Source: Turneriella sp. (GTDB taxonomy: Bacteria > Spirochaetota > Leptospiria > Turneriellales > Turneriellaceae). Taken from it: a stretch of 64,000 bases of DNA. Made by a program: the position numbers and the translations under genes. Each line of letters opens with the position of its first letter. The first letter of the stretch is position 1. Where the stretch lies: NCBI GenBank assembly GCA_965279515.1, contig CBDIID010000003.1:3104001-3168000 (forward strand). Direction: 5' to 3'. Positions 37,590-46,886 of the stretch are shown in pieces. Under the pieces are notes generated by a model, which was not told where the DNA came from, made no database searches, and worked only from the letters and a program-made list of their open reading frames with translations.

Positions 37590-38780
37590 TTACAGTTTCC
37601 GCAGCCAGCCCAGCCGGTCTTTGAGCATCGCCTGGTCGATCTGCGCCTGAGCGTCTTTGATAACTTTTTTATCGAGGGAAGTGGCGATCTTCTCGGCACG
37701 GGGAATTTCAGTTTCAGGCAGTAGTGCCAAGAGGCGCAGGCCAAAAGGTATCAGATTTTCTGAATGCGCCGTGAGGATAACCCTCTTTAACAATTCATCG
37801 TCAAAGCGGTGTGACATCGCCGCCAGGCGCTCAACGTCGCGCTCTGCAAGGTTGTCCGCGATTCTGAGCGCTGTCGGCAGCTGGCCCGATTCTTCGGCGG
37901 CATGAATGAGCTTGGCCAGCGCTTCGGAGTCGAGTTTCGCACAGATCGTCGCCATGTGCGCGTACATTTCGGGCGAAAGATGTTTCAGAAAGGCGAAGAT
38001 GTGCACCAGTGCACCATGCTCGATCGCAAAGGGAACCATCCCCAAGAGCGCATCGACTGAGACGCGGCCGACAAGACCTGCGAGACGCTTGTGCTGCGCT
38101 TCGGTGAAGTAGGCGAGAAGGCCGATCACCGACGGCCAGAGATCTTTGCGCTGCGCAGTCTCGACCATATCGATGATCTTTTCGTCCGAGTAGCCGTCAG
38201 TGAGTGTGGCGACGTGCGCCTTGTTCTGCGTATAGAGCGCCACGCGCAGCAATGATTCCGTGTCGGGGATCTCCCTGGAGAGCGCGAGAATCTTATCCTT
38301 GTCCATGTAATCCACGAACGCGCCCATCGTGAAAAACTTTTTGTCGCGCGTGAGAATACGCGTGAGCCCCACGAGTACATCCATCGGAAACGCCGCGATG
38401 ATGTGCTGCGCACGCGCGGGCACGAGGTTCTCGGCGACCTGGGCGAGAAATTCAATGTTGAGACTCTTCGCGATCGAGACAGCCTGTTTCACATCGACGT
38501 GGTAGGTGAGGTTGGCTGTGATATTGGGGCCGAGCAGAGATTTTGCCACCTGCGCATTGATGAAGTTGGGCATGAATTTCGCGACGCCGGCGAGCTTGCC
38601 CCAGACATCCGATGAATCGGTCAGCAGGCGATCGGAGATCGAATTATTGAGACTGCGGAAATCATCGAGCGACAGGTTCTTGAGGAATTGAATCTTGTCG
38701 GGTGTGATCTTTAGAACATGCGAGAGCTTCTCGATTTCGGTCATCATATCCAGATCGTTCATAATTGAACCAGTGTTCAA
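37590..38780 (-). CDS. Alpha-helical repeat hypothetical protein
   Basis: N-terminal half similar to 20434-21075; C-terminal helical repeats; start may be slightly downstream. Confidence 0.8.
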   Translation of the reverse strand: MNTGSIMNDLDMMTEIEKLSHVLKITPDKIQFLKNLSLDDFRSLNNSISDRLLTDSSDVWGKLAGVAKFMPNFINAQVAKSLLGPNITANLTYHVDVKQAVSIAKSLNIEFLAQVAENLVPARAQHIIAAFPMDVLVGLTRILTRDKKFFTMGAFVDYMDKDKILALSREIPDTESLLRVALYTQNKAHVATLTDGYSDEKIIDMVETAQRKDLWPSVIGLLAYFTEAQHKRLAGLVGRVSVDALLGMVPFAIEHGALVHIFAFLKHLSPEMYAHMATICAKLDSEALAKLIHAAEESGQLPTALRIADNLAERDVERLAAMSHRFDDELLKRVILTAHSENLIPFGLRLLALLPETEIPRAEKIATSLDKKVIKDAQAQIDQAMLKDRLGWLRKL

Positions 38781-38807
38781 CTTTATGGCGTTTTGGCCAG
38801 CGCAAAT

Positions 38808-40427
38808 TTATTGGGGTGAACCGAGCGCTGTACTTATTTTTTGCAGGAGCGCATTCAGGGAAAACGGCTTTTCCAGAAAGTGCGTATCATTCTGCGAAAT
38901 TCCGTAGTTCGTCAGGCTCTCGGGGGCATAGCCTGAAACATAGAGAACGCGCAGTTCTTTGTGATGCATACGGGCCTTCGTGACAAGGTTACTGCCGGTC
39001 ATTTCGGGCATGACGACATCGGTGATGAGCAGGTCAGGTTTAAATTTTCCGCTCTCCAGTATTTCAAGGGCCAGCACGCCGTTGGCTGCGGTCATCACTT
39101 CGTAACCCCGTAGCTGCAGCGTGGACTGCATTAGCTTACGCAGCGCATCCTGATCTTCGGCAATGAGAATTCTTGCCGTACCCCTTTCCGGATGCATTTC
39201 GAGAGCTGGTTCATCGGCCGATGTCAGTGCTTCGTCGATCACCGGCAAATAGACTTTAAAGGTCGTGCCTTTGCCCTGTTCGCTGTAACACCAAAGTGTA
39301 CCCGCGCATTGACTGACAATTCCGAACACCGTTGCCAGCCCCAATCCGGTGCCCTTGCCGGTTGCCTTGGTGGTGAAAAAGGGTTCGAAAATACGCGCCT
39401 GTGTTTCAGCACTCATACCCATGCCCGTATCACGCACGGACAACATCACATATTCACCCGGCGATGTTTTGGGGTTTCCCGCCGCCATCATTTTATCGAG
39501 GGTCGCATTTCCGGTTTCAACGGTAATCGATCCACCCGAGGGCATGGCATCGCGGGCGTTGACGACCAGATTGAGGAGAATTTGTTCGATTTGTCCTGAG
39601 TCAGCCAGAATATTACGCAGCGGGGAGTGCAGCTCAGTGACAAATTCGATATCCGCGGGCAGAAGCCGGCGCAGCATCGGCTCGATGTTCATCATCAGCG
39701 CGTTGAGATCCAGAATCTTCGGTTGCAGCACCTGGCGCCGGCTGAAAGCCAGAAGTTGCCGGGTCATCGTCGCTGCCCGCTGCGCCGTCTCGAGAATCTG
39801 CCGTATGGCTTCGCTGGTTTCAGGTGCAATATGCTGGTCGGAGATCGCCATTTCGCCATTAAGCAGAATGACTGCGAGCATGTTGTTGAAGTCGTGCGCA
39901 ACACCGCCAGCGAGTTGCCCCATCGCCTCCATGCGTTGTGCCTGCCGCATTTTTTCTGTTTGCTCGGCATCGGACTGCAGGCGTGTCATGGTTTGCTGTT
40001 GCACCAGCCCCGCGTTTTTGAGTTTTACGAATTCTGTAACGTCTTCTGCCTTGTGGATGATGTAGAGTACTTCCCCGGTCTCGCTGAGGACAGGCAAATT
40101 GACCGGGGCCCAATAACGTTCTTCAAATCCGCCGCCTTCAGAATCGGGCCTGCGGATGTCATACTTTTGGATAGCCATGACATCGGGTTTCTTATGCGCC
40201 AGAACCCGCATGAGCGAGGCGCGCAGGTTACCGGTTCCGGTAGCCTCGTCGTCGTCAGGGTTATCGGGAAAAACTTCGAAAATGCCTTTGCCGAGAATTT
40301 CGTCGCGTTGCGTTTTTGTCGCGGCGGCATATGCATCTGTGACAGCAATGATCCCCAGATCAGGAGATAGAATCATGAACAGCCCGGGCAAGGCTTCAAA
40401 AATTTTCTGAAAATCCGATGCCGGCAT
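38808..40427 (-). CDS. PAS-histidine kinase-receiver hybrid
   Basis: GGVAHDFNN, NLVVNARDAM, FEPFFTTK, GTGLGL, TDVVMP. Confidence 0.96.
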   Translation of the reverse strand: MPASDFQKIFEALPGLFMILSPDLGIIAVTDAYAAATKTQRDEILGKGIFEVFPDNPDDDEATGTGNLRASLMRVLAHKKPDVMAIQKYDIRRPDSEGGGFEERYWAPVNLPVLSETGEVLYIIHKAEDVTEFVKLKNAGLVQQQTMTRLQSDAEQTEKMRQAQRMEAMGQLAGGVAHDFNNMLAVILLNGEMAISDQHIAPETSEAIRQILETAQRAATMTRQLLAFSRRQVLQPKILDLNALMMNIEPMLRRLLPADIEFVTELHSPLRNILADSGQIEQILLNLVVNARDAMPSGGSITVETGNATLDKMMAAGNPKTSPGEYVMLSVRDTGMGMSAETQARIFEPFFTTKATGKGTGLGLATVFGIVSQCAGTLWCYSEQGKGTTFKVYLPVIDEALTSADEPALEMHPERGTARILIAEDQDALRKLMQSTLQLRGYEVMTAANGVLALEILESGKFKPDLLITDVVMPEMTGSNLVTKARMHHKELRVLYVSGYAPESLTNYGISQNDTHFLEKPFSLNALLQKISTALGSPQ

Positions 40428-40502
40428 GGTCAGTACCAGTACAATGCTGACACCCGCCTGTTACCGCGTCAATTTAATCTCAGGGAATCCCCTGCGCGAT
40501 CA

Positions 40503-41444
40503 CTAACGCCTACCGCCGTGACCACCATGCCCGCCGTGATGGCCGCTGTTATGCCCGCCCTGCCCGCCATGGTGCCCGCGGCCGCCGTTGCCATGTCCTT
40601 GTTGTGTATGAGCTTGCCGGCCATGGAACCTCTCGCCGCTGCCCTGCCGGCGCGCATGCCTTTCGCCTGTGCGCGTGTGGTAGCGGTTGCGCATGCTTAC
40701 CCGCTGCACCTGCGCGTGACCGCGGGCATGCTGTAGGGCATCGCGCCTGAACTGCTGCTGGTGGCTCTGCGGCAGCGTATTGCTCCGCCGCATGGCATCG
40801 ACGCGTTCGCGCCACTGGCCGAGCTGCTGTTGTTGCGCCGCGGAGAGGTTATTGTAATAGCGCTCGAGATAGGGTTGGCGCGCGCAGAGAATATTCCATT
40901 CGCCGGGCGAACTGGTGACATAGAGATATACGGGCGGCTGTGTCTGCACACTGTCGACGAGCCAGCGCTTGGTATAATAGTCGGGGTCGTTCGGAGCTGC
41001 AGCTGCCGCGTCGGCAGTGAAAATCTGCGCGGCGATGAGCTCTTCTGTTTTGGCATTCAGCAGCCTCAGTTCCAGGCCCGATTCGCGGTAGATGCCGAAA
41101 AGCAAGCTATCCGCTCCGATGAGTTGGCCGGCCGGCACCATCGTCTTGTCGTCGACGATGCCGGTTTGTTCAAACGCCTGCTCTTCGAGAATATCTTCTT
41201 CTTTAGATTTATCAATGATCGTTACAGAGGGGCAAGATGCGAGCGCAGAAAGGAACAGCGTTGCCTCAGACCCGCTCTTGTCGGTTTCCTCTCCGTCGGC
41301 ATCCGTGAAAGCAAAGACGGCGAGGCGGTTCAGGTTGCTCTTCTTCTCGGCTTCGCAGATGAAATCCACAGCTCTTTGCTGCGTCGTTTCGGCAAATACT
41401 GCCGTCGCAGATAATAATAGAATCAGGCATGCCCAATATTGCAT
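40503..41444 (-). CDS. CsgG/FlgO-like domain protein with Gly/His/Arg-rich tail
   Basis: LAVFAF, ILEEQAFEQTG, GQLIGAD; tail HHGGQGGHNSGHHGGHGG. Confidence 0.7.
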   Translation of the reverse strand: MQYWACLILLLSATAVFAETTQQRAVDFICEAEKKSNLNRLAVFAFTDADGEETDKSGSEATLFLSALASCPSVTIIDKSKEEDILEEQAFEQTGIVDDKTMVPAGQLIGADSLLFGIYRESGLELRLLNAKTEELIAAQIFTADAAAAAPNDPDYYTKRWLVDSVQTQPPVYLYVTSSPGEWNILCARQPYLERYYNNLSAAQQQQLGQWRERVDAMRRSNTLPQSHQQQFRRDALQHARGHAQVQRVSMRNRYHTRTGERHARRQGSGERFHGRQAHTQQGHGNGGRGHHGGQGGHNSGHHGGHGGHGGRR

Positions 41445-41642
41445 AAGGCCTCCGTTTCAACACTATCCTGTATATCTGACCCCGGATATCCGAATTCGTT
41501 CCGGCCGGGCACAAAAAAATGGCGTTCGCAAGGCGACTCAGCCGTATAGTTTGCTCCATGGGGCTTTGCTTGACAAACGGCGTGAATACTTTCTGGTGGG
41601 TGAATGCTCGTGTCTCACACGGGATTGATGCCGTCTAAGGCC

Positions 41643-42920
41643 ATGCGCCGTTTTTTGACGGCGCTGCTCATCCCTGTTCAGTTCTTCTTTTGGAATGCGG
41701 ATTCTGCGCTTCAGGCGGCGCCGCTCAAACGCTCCGTGGCTGTGTTAAACTTTCAGAATTCTTCCGGGGCGCGTAGTTTAGAATACCTGAACACTGCCTT
41801 GCCCGAATCGATTAGCGGAGCTTTGGCTTCCGCGCGTGAAATCCGCGTCGTCGAGCGCAATGCACTCAAGAAGGTGCTCAGTGAAATTGAACTCGGTCAA
41901 ACCGGGGTGATCGATACGGCGCAGGTTGCCGAAGCGGGCAAGCTCGCGCATGCGGAGATACTGCTTTTAGGTAGTTTCTCCGGGGATCCGGAAAAAATCA
42001 CTGTTATACTCAAGGCAGTCGATGTGAAAACCGGGGTGGTCTTAGAAGGCCGCACCGTAACTGCACCGCTCGCAGATGTATTCGAGCAGTCGAGTCAGGC
42101 GGCACTACAGATCGCTGCGGCAGTTTCCGGGGGGCAGTCCGGTTTTTTGACACTGACGAGTAATCCCGATGAAGCTGAAGTACGCATCGACGGCGTCATG
42201 GTTGGCAAAACGCCGCTCGTCGAATATAAGCTCTCTGCCGGCAAACACAACATATTTCTGCGAAAGCTGGGCCATAAAGAAGAGGAGCATACAGTTACCA
42301 TACAGGCAGGCGCCATAGAGAAAATTAATGAAACGTTGCTGCCAGCGCGTAAGGCCGTCTATATTTTGCTCGGCTTCGGTTATCAGCGCCTGCTGCCGCC
42401 ATCGGGGCCAGCCCAACAGGGAAATTTATTTTCCGCGCAAATCGGGTTTATCATCGGCAAATGGGCGTTTGATTTAACCTACGCGCTCAATCCGTCATGG
42501 GACCATTCATACAACTATGCGACGCCCTTTGGTTCGCTGAATGATTCGCGCAGCTTTACGTTTAATGCCTATCTGCTGGGTGTAACATTCTCGCCTTTTG
42601 ACTTCCGGTACATCTCACCTTATGTCGGTGTGTTCGGCGGATTTACCCGTATCTCAGACTATGAACTGACGGGTGCCGATAAAACCTCGTCGCGGATCGC
42701 CAGCTTTGACCTCTTTCAGTTGGGAACCAAATTCGGTGTAGAAATTATGCCGCGCCAGCTGTTCAGTCTTTTTATCGAGGGCCGTTACCAGTATTTTCCC
42801 GCATCGGTCAGCCGGCCGACGAAGGTAAGCCAGGGAGTATTGGGCGGGCCGACGCAGATTGCAGGTGAAACCAATCTCAGTAGCCTTTCCATCGGCGGGG
42901 GAGTGCGCCTGCATTTCTGA
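41643..42920 (+). CDS. CsgG/FlgO-like + PEGA + outer-membrane barrel protein
   Basis: VAVLNF, VVER..EIELGQTG, PEGA motif SNPDEAEVRIDG..GKTPL, C-terminal GVRLHF; start uncertain. Confidence 0.8.
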   Translation: MRRFLTALLIPVQFFFWNADSALQAAPLKRSVAVLNFQNSSGARSLEYLNTALPESISGALASAREIRVVERNALKKVLSEIELGQTGVIDTAQVAEAGKLAHAEILLLGSFSGDPEKITVILKAVDVKTGVVLEGRTVTAPLADVFEQSSQAALQIAAAVSGGQSGFLTLTSNPDEAEVRIDGVMVGKTPLVEYKLSAGKHNIFLRKLGHKEEEHTVTIQAGAIEKINETLLPARKAVYILLGFGYQRLLPPSGPAQQGNLFSAQIGFIIGKWAFDLTYALNPSWDHSYNYATPFGSLNDSRSFTFNAYLLGVTFSPFDFRYISPYVGVFGGFTRISDYELTGADKTSSRIASFDLFQLGTKFGVEIMPRQLFSLFIEGRYQYFPASVSRPTKVSQGVLGGPTQIAGETNLSSLSIGGGVRLHF

Positions 42921-42938
42921 GATGCGGCGGGGGGAGTT

Positions 42939-43406
42939 ATGAGAAAAACAGTTATCTTTGTTCTGACGGCTATCGCTTCACATTGCGCAACCGGATGCGT
43001 TAAGAATACCGAAGAGCCTGGTACTCCGATCTTCGAGGGCACAACCGAGATAACGCTCACCTCACCGAGCTCAGCAACGAGTCTCGGTAGCGGGAATTTT
43101 ATGTATTCGGTTCCTTCGGAGGTCAAGTATATCGTTTTTGGGCTTTTCAATAACCAGGTCGCAACCTCGGGTAAAACCATCACGAATCCCTCTGTGTTCA
43201 TGTACGGCAGTCGCGATGGGCTTTCAGACTTTGCCAGGGGTCAGCAAACAAAAACAACTTTGCATAATTATAACCAGTCAACCAGGGATTTTGATTCGGC
43301 AGCCGTTACACCCCCCAATGCTTCGTATTACTGGGCGGTCTGGGGCTATGATCAATACGGGAATGTTACACATTCTTCACGTCAGCGCCAGGTTACTCTC
43401 CCGTAA
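42939..43406 (+). CDS. Lipoprotein
   Basis: Signal with ATGC lipobox; YYWAVWGYD. Confidence 0.75.
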   Translation: MRKTVIFVLTAIASHCATGCVKNTEEPGTPIFEGTTEITLTSPSSATSLGSGNFMYSVPSEVKYIVFGLFNNQVATSGKTITNPSVFMYGSRDGLSDFARGQQTKTTLHNYNQSTRDFDSAAVTPPNASYYWAVWGYDQYGNVTHSSRQRQVTLP

Positions 43407-43458
43407 ATATCATCATCGCTAAAGGCTGACAACCTGTCTTAAAAGCGCGGTATGGCGT

Positions 43459-46400
43459 GTGCCGCGTCGTACCGACATCAAGAAAGTGATGATCATCGGT
43501 TCGGGGCCGATTGTCATCGGCCAGGCCTGCGAATTTGATTATTCAGGCACGCAGGCCGTCAAAGCCCTCAAAAAAGAGGGATATCAGGTTATCCTGATCA
43601 ACTCAAACCCCGCTACGATCATGACCGATCCCGAGCTGGCCGATCGTGTCTATGTCGAGCCTATTACCCTGCCTTATCTGACAAAAATTATCGAGGTCGA
43701 ACGCCCCGATGCCCTGCTGCCTACTGTAGGCGGCCAGACTGCGCTCAATGCGGCGCTTTCACTCGTGCACGCGGGCGTGCTCGAAAAATACGGTGTCGAG
43801 CTGATTGGTGCCAACGAAGCCTCGATCAAGAAGGCCGAAGACCGCAAACTTTTTAAAGAAGCGATGGAGAAGATCGGTGCAGCGATGCCCGAATCGGGCA
43901 TCGTGACCAGCATCGACGAAGCCCTGGCTTTGGTCGATCGCATCGGCCTGCCGGCAATTCTGCGCCCTTCGTTTACCCTGGGTGGCAGCGGCGGGGGCAT
44001 CTGTTACAATAAAGAAGAATACATTTCGATGGTCTCAAAGGCGCTCACCGAAAGCCCGACGCACCAGGTGCTCATCGACCAGAGTATTCTCGGCTGGAAA
44101 GAATATGAGCTCGAAGTCATGCGCGACAAGGCCGACAACGTCGTCATCATCTGCAGCATTGAGAATCTCGATCCGATGGGTGTGCATACCGGTGATTCGA
44201 TCACGGTCGCGCCGCAACAGACCTTGTCTGACGTCGAATACCAGAACCTGCGCGACCTCTCGATCAAAATCATCCGCGAGATCGGTGTCGAAACCGGTGG
44301 TTCGAACATACAGTTTGCAGTCAACCCGCGCGACGGCCAGATCATGGTTGTCGAGATGAACCCTCGTGTTTCGCGCTCCTCGGCGCTGGCTTCCAAAGCA
44401 ACGGGATTTCCCATCGCGAAGATTGCGGCGCTGCTTTCGGTCGGTTATACGCTCGACGAAATTGCGAACGATATTACCAAAAAGACGCCGGCATCGTTCG
44501 AGCCGACGATCGACTACATCGTCACAAAAATACCGCGTTTTACTTTTGAAAAATTCCCTGAATCTTCGCGCACGCTCGACACGCAAATGCGCTCGGTGGG
44601 CGAAGCCATGGCGATCGGCCGTACCTTTGCCGAGTCGTTCCAGAAGGCAATGCGTTCCCTTGAAACGGGCCGCTTCGGTTGGGGCGGTGACGGCAACCTC
44701 GACTTCACGCTCGAAATTCTGCGCGTGGGCGACGAAGCAGCACAACGCAAACATATTCTCGAAAAAATCAGCGCACCGACCGACGCGCGCATTTTTTACC
44801 TGCGCGAAGCCCTGGTCCGCGATTTCAGCATCGAAGAAGTTTACCAGCGCAATTCGATCGATCCCTGGTTTTTAACGCAGCTGAAGCGCATTCTCGACAT
44901 AGAGGCGCGTGTGATCACCGCGTACCGCAAAGCCGCGAAGCTACCAGCAGAACTCTTGCGCGAAGCGAAACAAGCCGGTTTCCACGACCGGCAGCTGGCA
45001 TATGCGAAATGTTTCGACGCGGTGCAGATACTTGCGAAAGAACTTTCACGCCTCGAGCAGGGCTCATCCGCCTTTATGGGTAAGATGCATGAGCTGAACC
45101 AGATGCTTGCGCGCACCGAGGCCGAAATTACCACGGCTCGCCTTGCCGCGGGTGAAAAGCCCGTCTACAAACGCGTCGATACCTGCGCGGCTGAATTTGA
45201 ATCCTTCACACCCTACATGTATTCGACCTATGAAACCGAAAACGAGTCGGCTGTATCAGACAAACAAAAGGTCTTGATTTTAGGCGGCGGTCCTAACCGT
45301 ATCGGCCAGGGTATTGAGTTCGACTATTGCTGCTGCCACGCGAGTTTTGCGCTGCAAGAGATCGGTATCGAGAGCATCATGGTGAACTCGAATCCCGAAA
45401 CAGTTTCGACCGACTACGATACCTCGGATCGCCTGTACTTTGAACCGCTGACGGTCGAAGATGTCATGCACATCTACCGCGAAGAGCAGGCGCGCGGCGA
45501 GGTAAAGGGTGTCATTTTACAATTCGGCGGGCAGACGCCGCTGAAACTCGCGAAAGCCTTGAGCAGCCAGGGTGTTCCGATTCTGGGTACCAGCTTCGAG
45601 AATATCGAACGCGCAGAAGACCGTAAGCTCTTCAACGAACTGATCGAGAAACTAAAACTCAAGCAGCCGCGCGGACGCATGGCGGCTTCGGCCGAAGAGG
45701 CGCTGGCGGCGGCCGAGCAGATTGGTTATCCGGTGCTGGCGCGCCCGTCCTTCGTTTTGGGTGGCCGCGCGATGATGATCGTGCACAACGAAGCACAACT
45801 CAGAACCTATATGGCGACCAGCGTCGAGGTCAGCCACGAACGCCCGGTGCTCATCGACGAGTTCTTGTCGGGGGCGCTCGAGGTCGACGTCGACGCGCTT
45901 TCTGACGGTAAAGATGTCTTTATCGCCGGTATTCTCGAACACGTCGAAGAGGCGGGCGTGCATTCAGGCGACTCGGCCTGTATTCTGCCGACGAAAAATA
46001 TTCCCGAAAATGTTCTGACCGAGCTGCGCCGCATCACACGCGAGATTGCGCTCGAACTTAAGGTCATCGGCTGTATCAATATCCAGTTTGCCATCGTCGA
46101 CGGTGTCGCCTATATTCTCGAAGTGAATCCCCGTGCGTCGCGCACCGTGCCGTTTATCTCAAAGGCCATCCGCACGCCGCTCGCGAAGATTGCAACCAAG
46201 CTGATGCTGGGGCACTCGCTGGTATCGCTCGGGCTCACAAAAGAAATTTTGCCAAAGCTCTATCACGTTAAAGAAGTAGTGCTGCCGTTTAAAAAGTTCT
46301 CCGGTGCCGACACGATTTTAGGTCCCGAAATGAAATCTACCGGCGAAGTCATGGGCATCGGCAAGACTGTACCCGAGGCCTTCTATAAGGCGCAGATCGC

Positions 46401-46803
46401 TGCCGGCCATAAACTTCCCGATAAGGGAACGATCTTCATTTCGGTGAACGATCCCTCAAAGGCACCGCTCATACCCGCGCTGAAGGCAGCCGAAGCCGCT
46501 GGCTTCAAAATTCTCGCAACCGAAGGTACGGCGGCGGGGCTCACCCAGGCGGGCGTCAAGACCGAGCGTGTGAACAAAGTACACGAAGGCCGGCCGCATG
46601 TCGTCGACAGTGTCAAATCGGGGGATGTCCAGCTGATCATCAATATTCCCACCGACGTCAAGACACGCAACGACGCTTTGGAAATCCGTCTTGCGGCACT
46701 GCAATATTCAATACCCTATTATACGACAGTCGAAGCCGCGCGCGAGGCGATCACAGGTATTGTGGAAATGCGGGGTAAGCCTGAAGAAATTTACGTTCTT
46801 TAA
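43459..46803 (+). CDS. carB: Carbamoyl-phosphate synthase large subunit
   Basis: [17 protein letters not shown], two ATP-grasp domains, MGS domain. Confidence 0.99.
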   Translation: MPRRTDIKKVMIIGSGPIVIGQACEFDYSGTQAVKALKKEGYQVILINSNPATIMTDPELADRVYVEPITLPYLTKIIEVERPDALLPTVGGQTALNAALSLVHAGVLEKYGVELIGANEASIKKAEDRKLFKEAMEKIGAAMPESGIVTSIDEALALVDRIGLPAILRPSFTLGGSGGGICYNKEEYISMVSKALTESPTHQVLIDQSILGWKEYELEVMRDKADNVVIICSIENLDPMGVHTGDSITVAPQQTLSDVEYQNLRDLSIKIIREIGVETGGSNIQFAVNPRDGQIMVVEMNPRVSRSSALASKATGFPIAKIAALLSVGYTLDEIANDITKKTPASFEPTIDYIVTKIPRFTFEKFPESSRTLDTQMRSVGEAMAIGRTFAESFQKAMRSLETGRFGWGGDGNLDFTLEILRVGDEAAQRKHILEKISAPTDARIFYLREALVRDFSIEEVYQRNSIDPWFLTQLKRILDIEARVITAYRKAAKLPAELLREAKQAGFHDRQLAYAKCFDAVQILAKELSRLEQGSSAFMGKMHELNQMLARTEAEITTARLAAGEKPVYKRVDTCAAEFESFTPYMYSTYETENESAVSDKQKVLILGGGPNRIGQGIEFDYCCCHASFALQEIGIESIMVNSNPETVSTDYDTSDRLYFEPLTVEDVMHIYREEQARGEVKGVILQFGGQTPLKLAKALSSQGVPILGTSFENIERAEDRKLFNELIEKLKLKQPRGRMAASAEEALAAAEQIGYPVLARPSFVLGGRAMMIVHNEAQLRTYMATSVEVSHERPVLIDEFLSGALEVDVDALSDGKDVFIAGILEHVEEAGVHSGDSACILPTKNIPENVLTELRRITREIALELKVIGCINIQFAIVDGVAYILEVNPRASRTVPFISKAIRTPLAKIATKLMLGHSLVSLGLTKEILPKLYHVKEVVLPFKKFSGADTILGPEMKSTGEVMGIGKTVPEAFYKAQIAAGHKLPDKGTIFISVNDPSKAPLIPALKAAEAAGFKILATEGTAAGLTQAGVKTERVNKVHEGRPHVVDSVKSGDVQLIINIPTDVKTRNDALEIRLAALQYSIPYYTTVEAAREAITGIVEMRGKPEEIYVL

Positions 46804-46886
46804 CCTCACCCCCTAACCCCCTCTCCTTATAGGAGAGGGGGAATTGCAAACTCCCTCCCCTATAAGGGGAGGGTTGGGGTGGGGTT
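46803..46886. repeat. REP-like composite inverted repeat between convergent genes
   Basis: CCTCACCCCCTAACCCCCTCTCC-TTATA-GGAGAGGGGG ... CCCTCCCC-TATAA-GGGGAGGGTTGGGGTGGGG. Confidence 0.75.
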
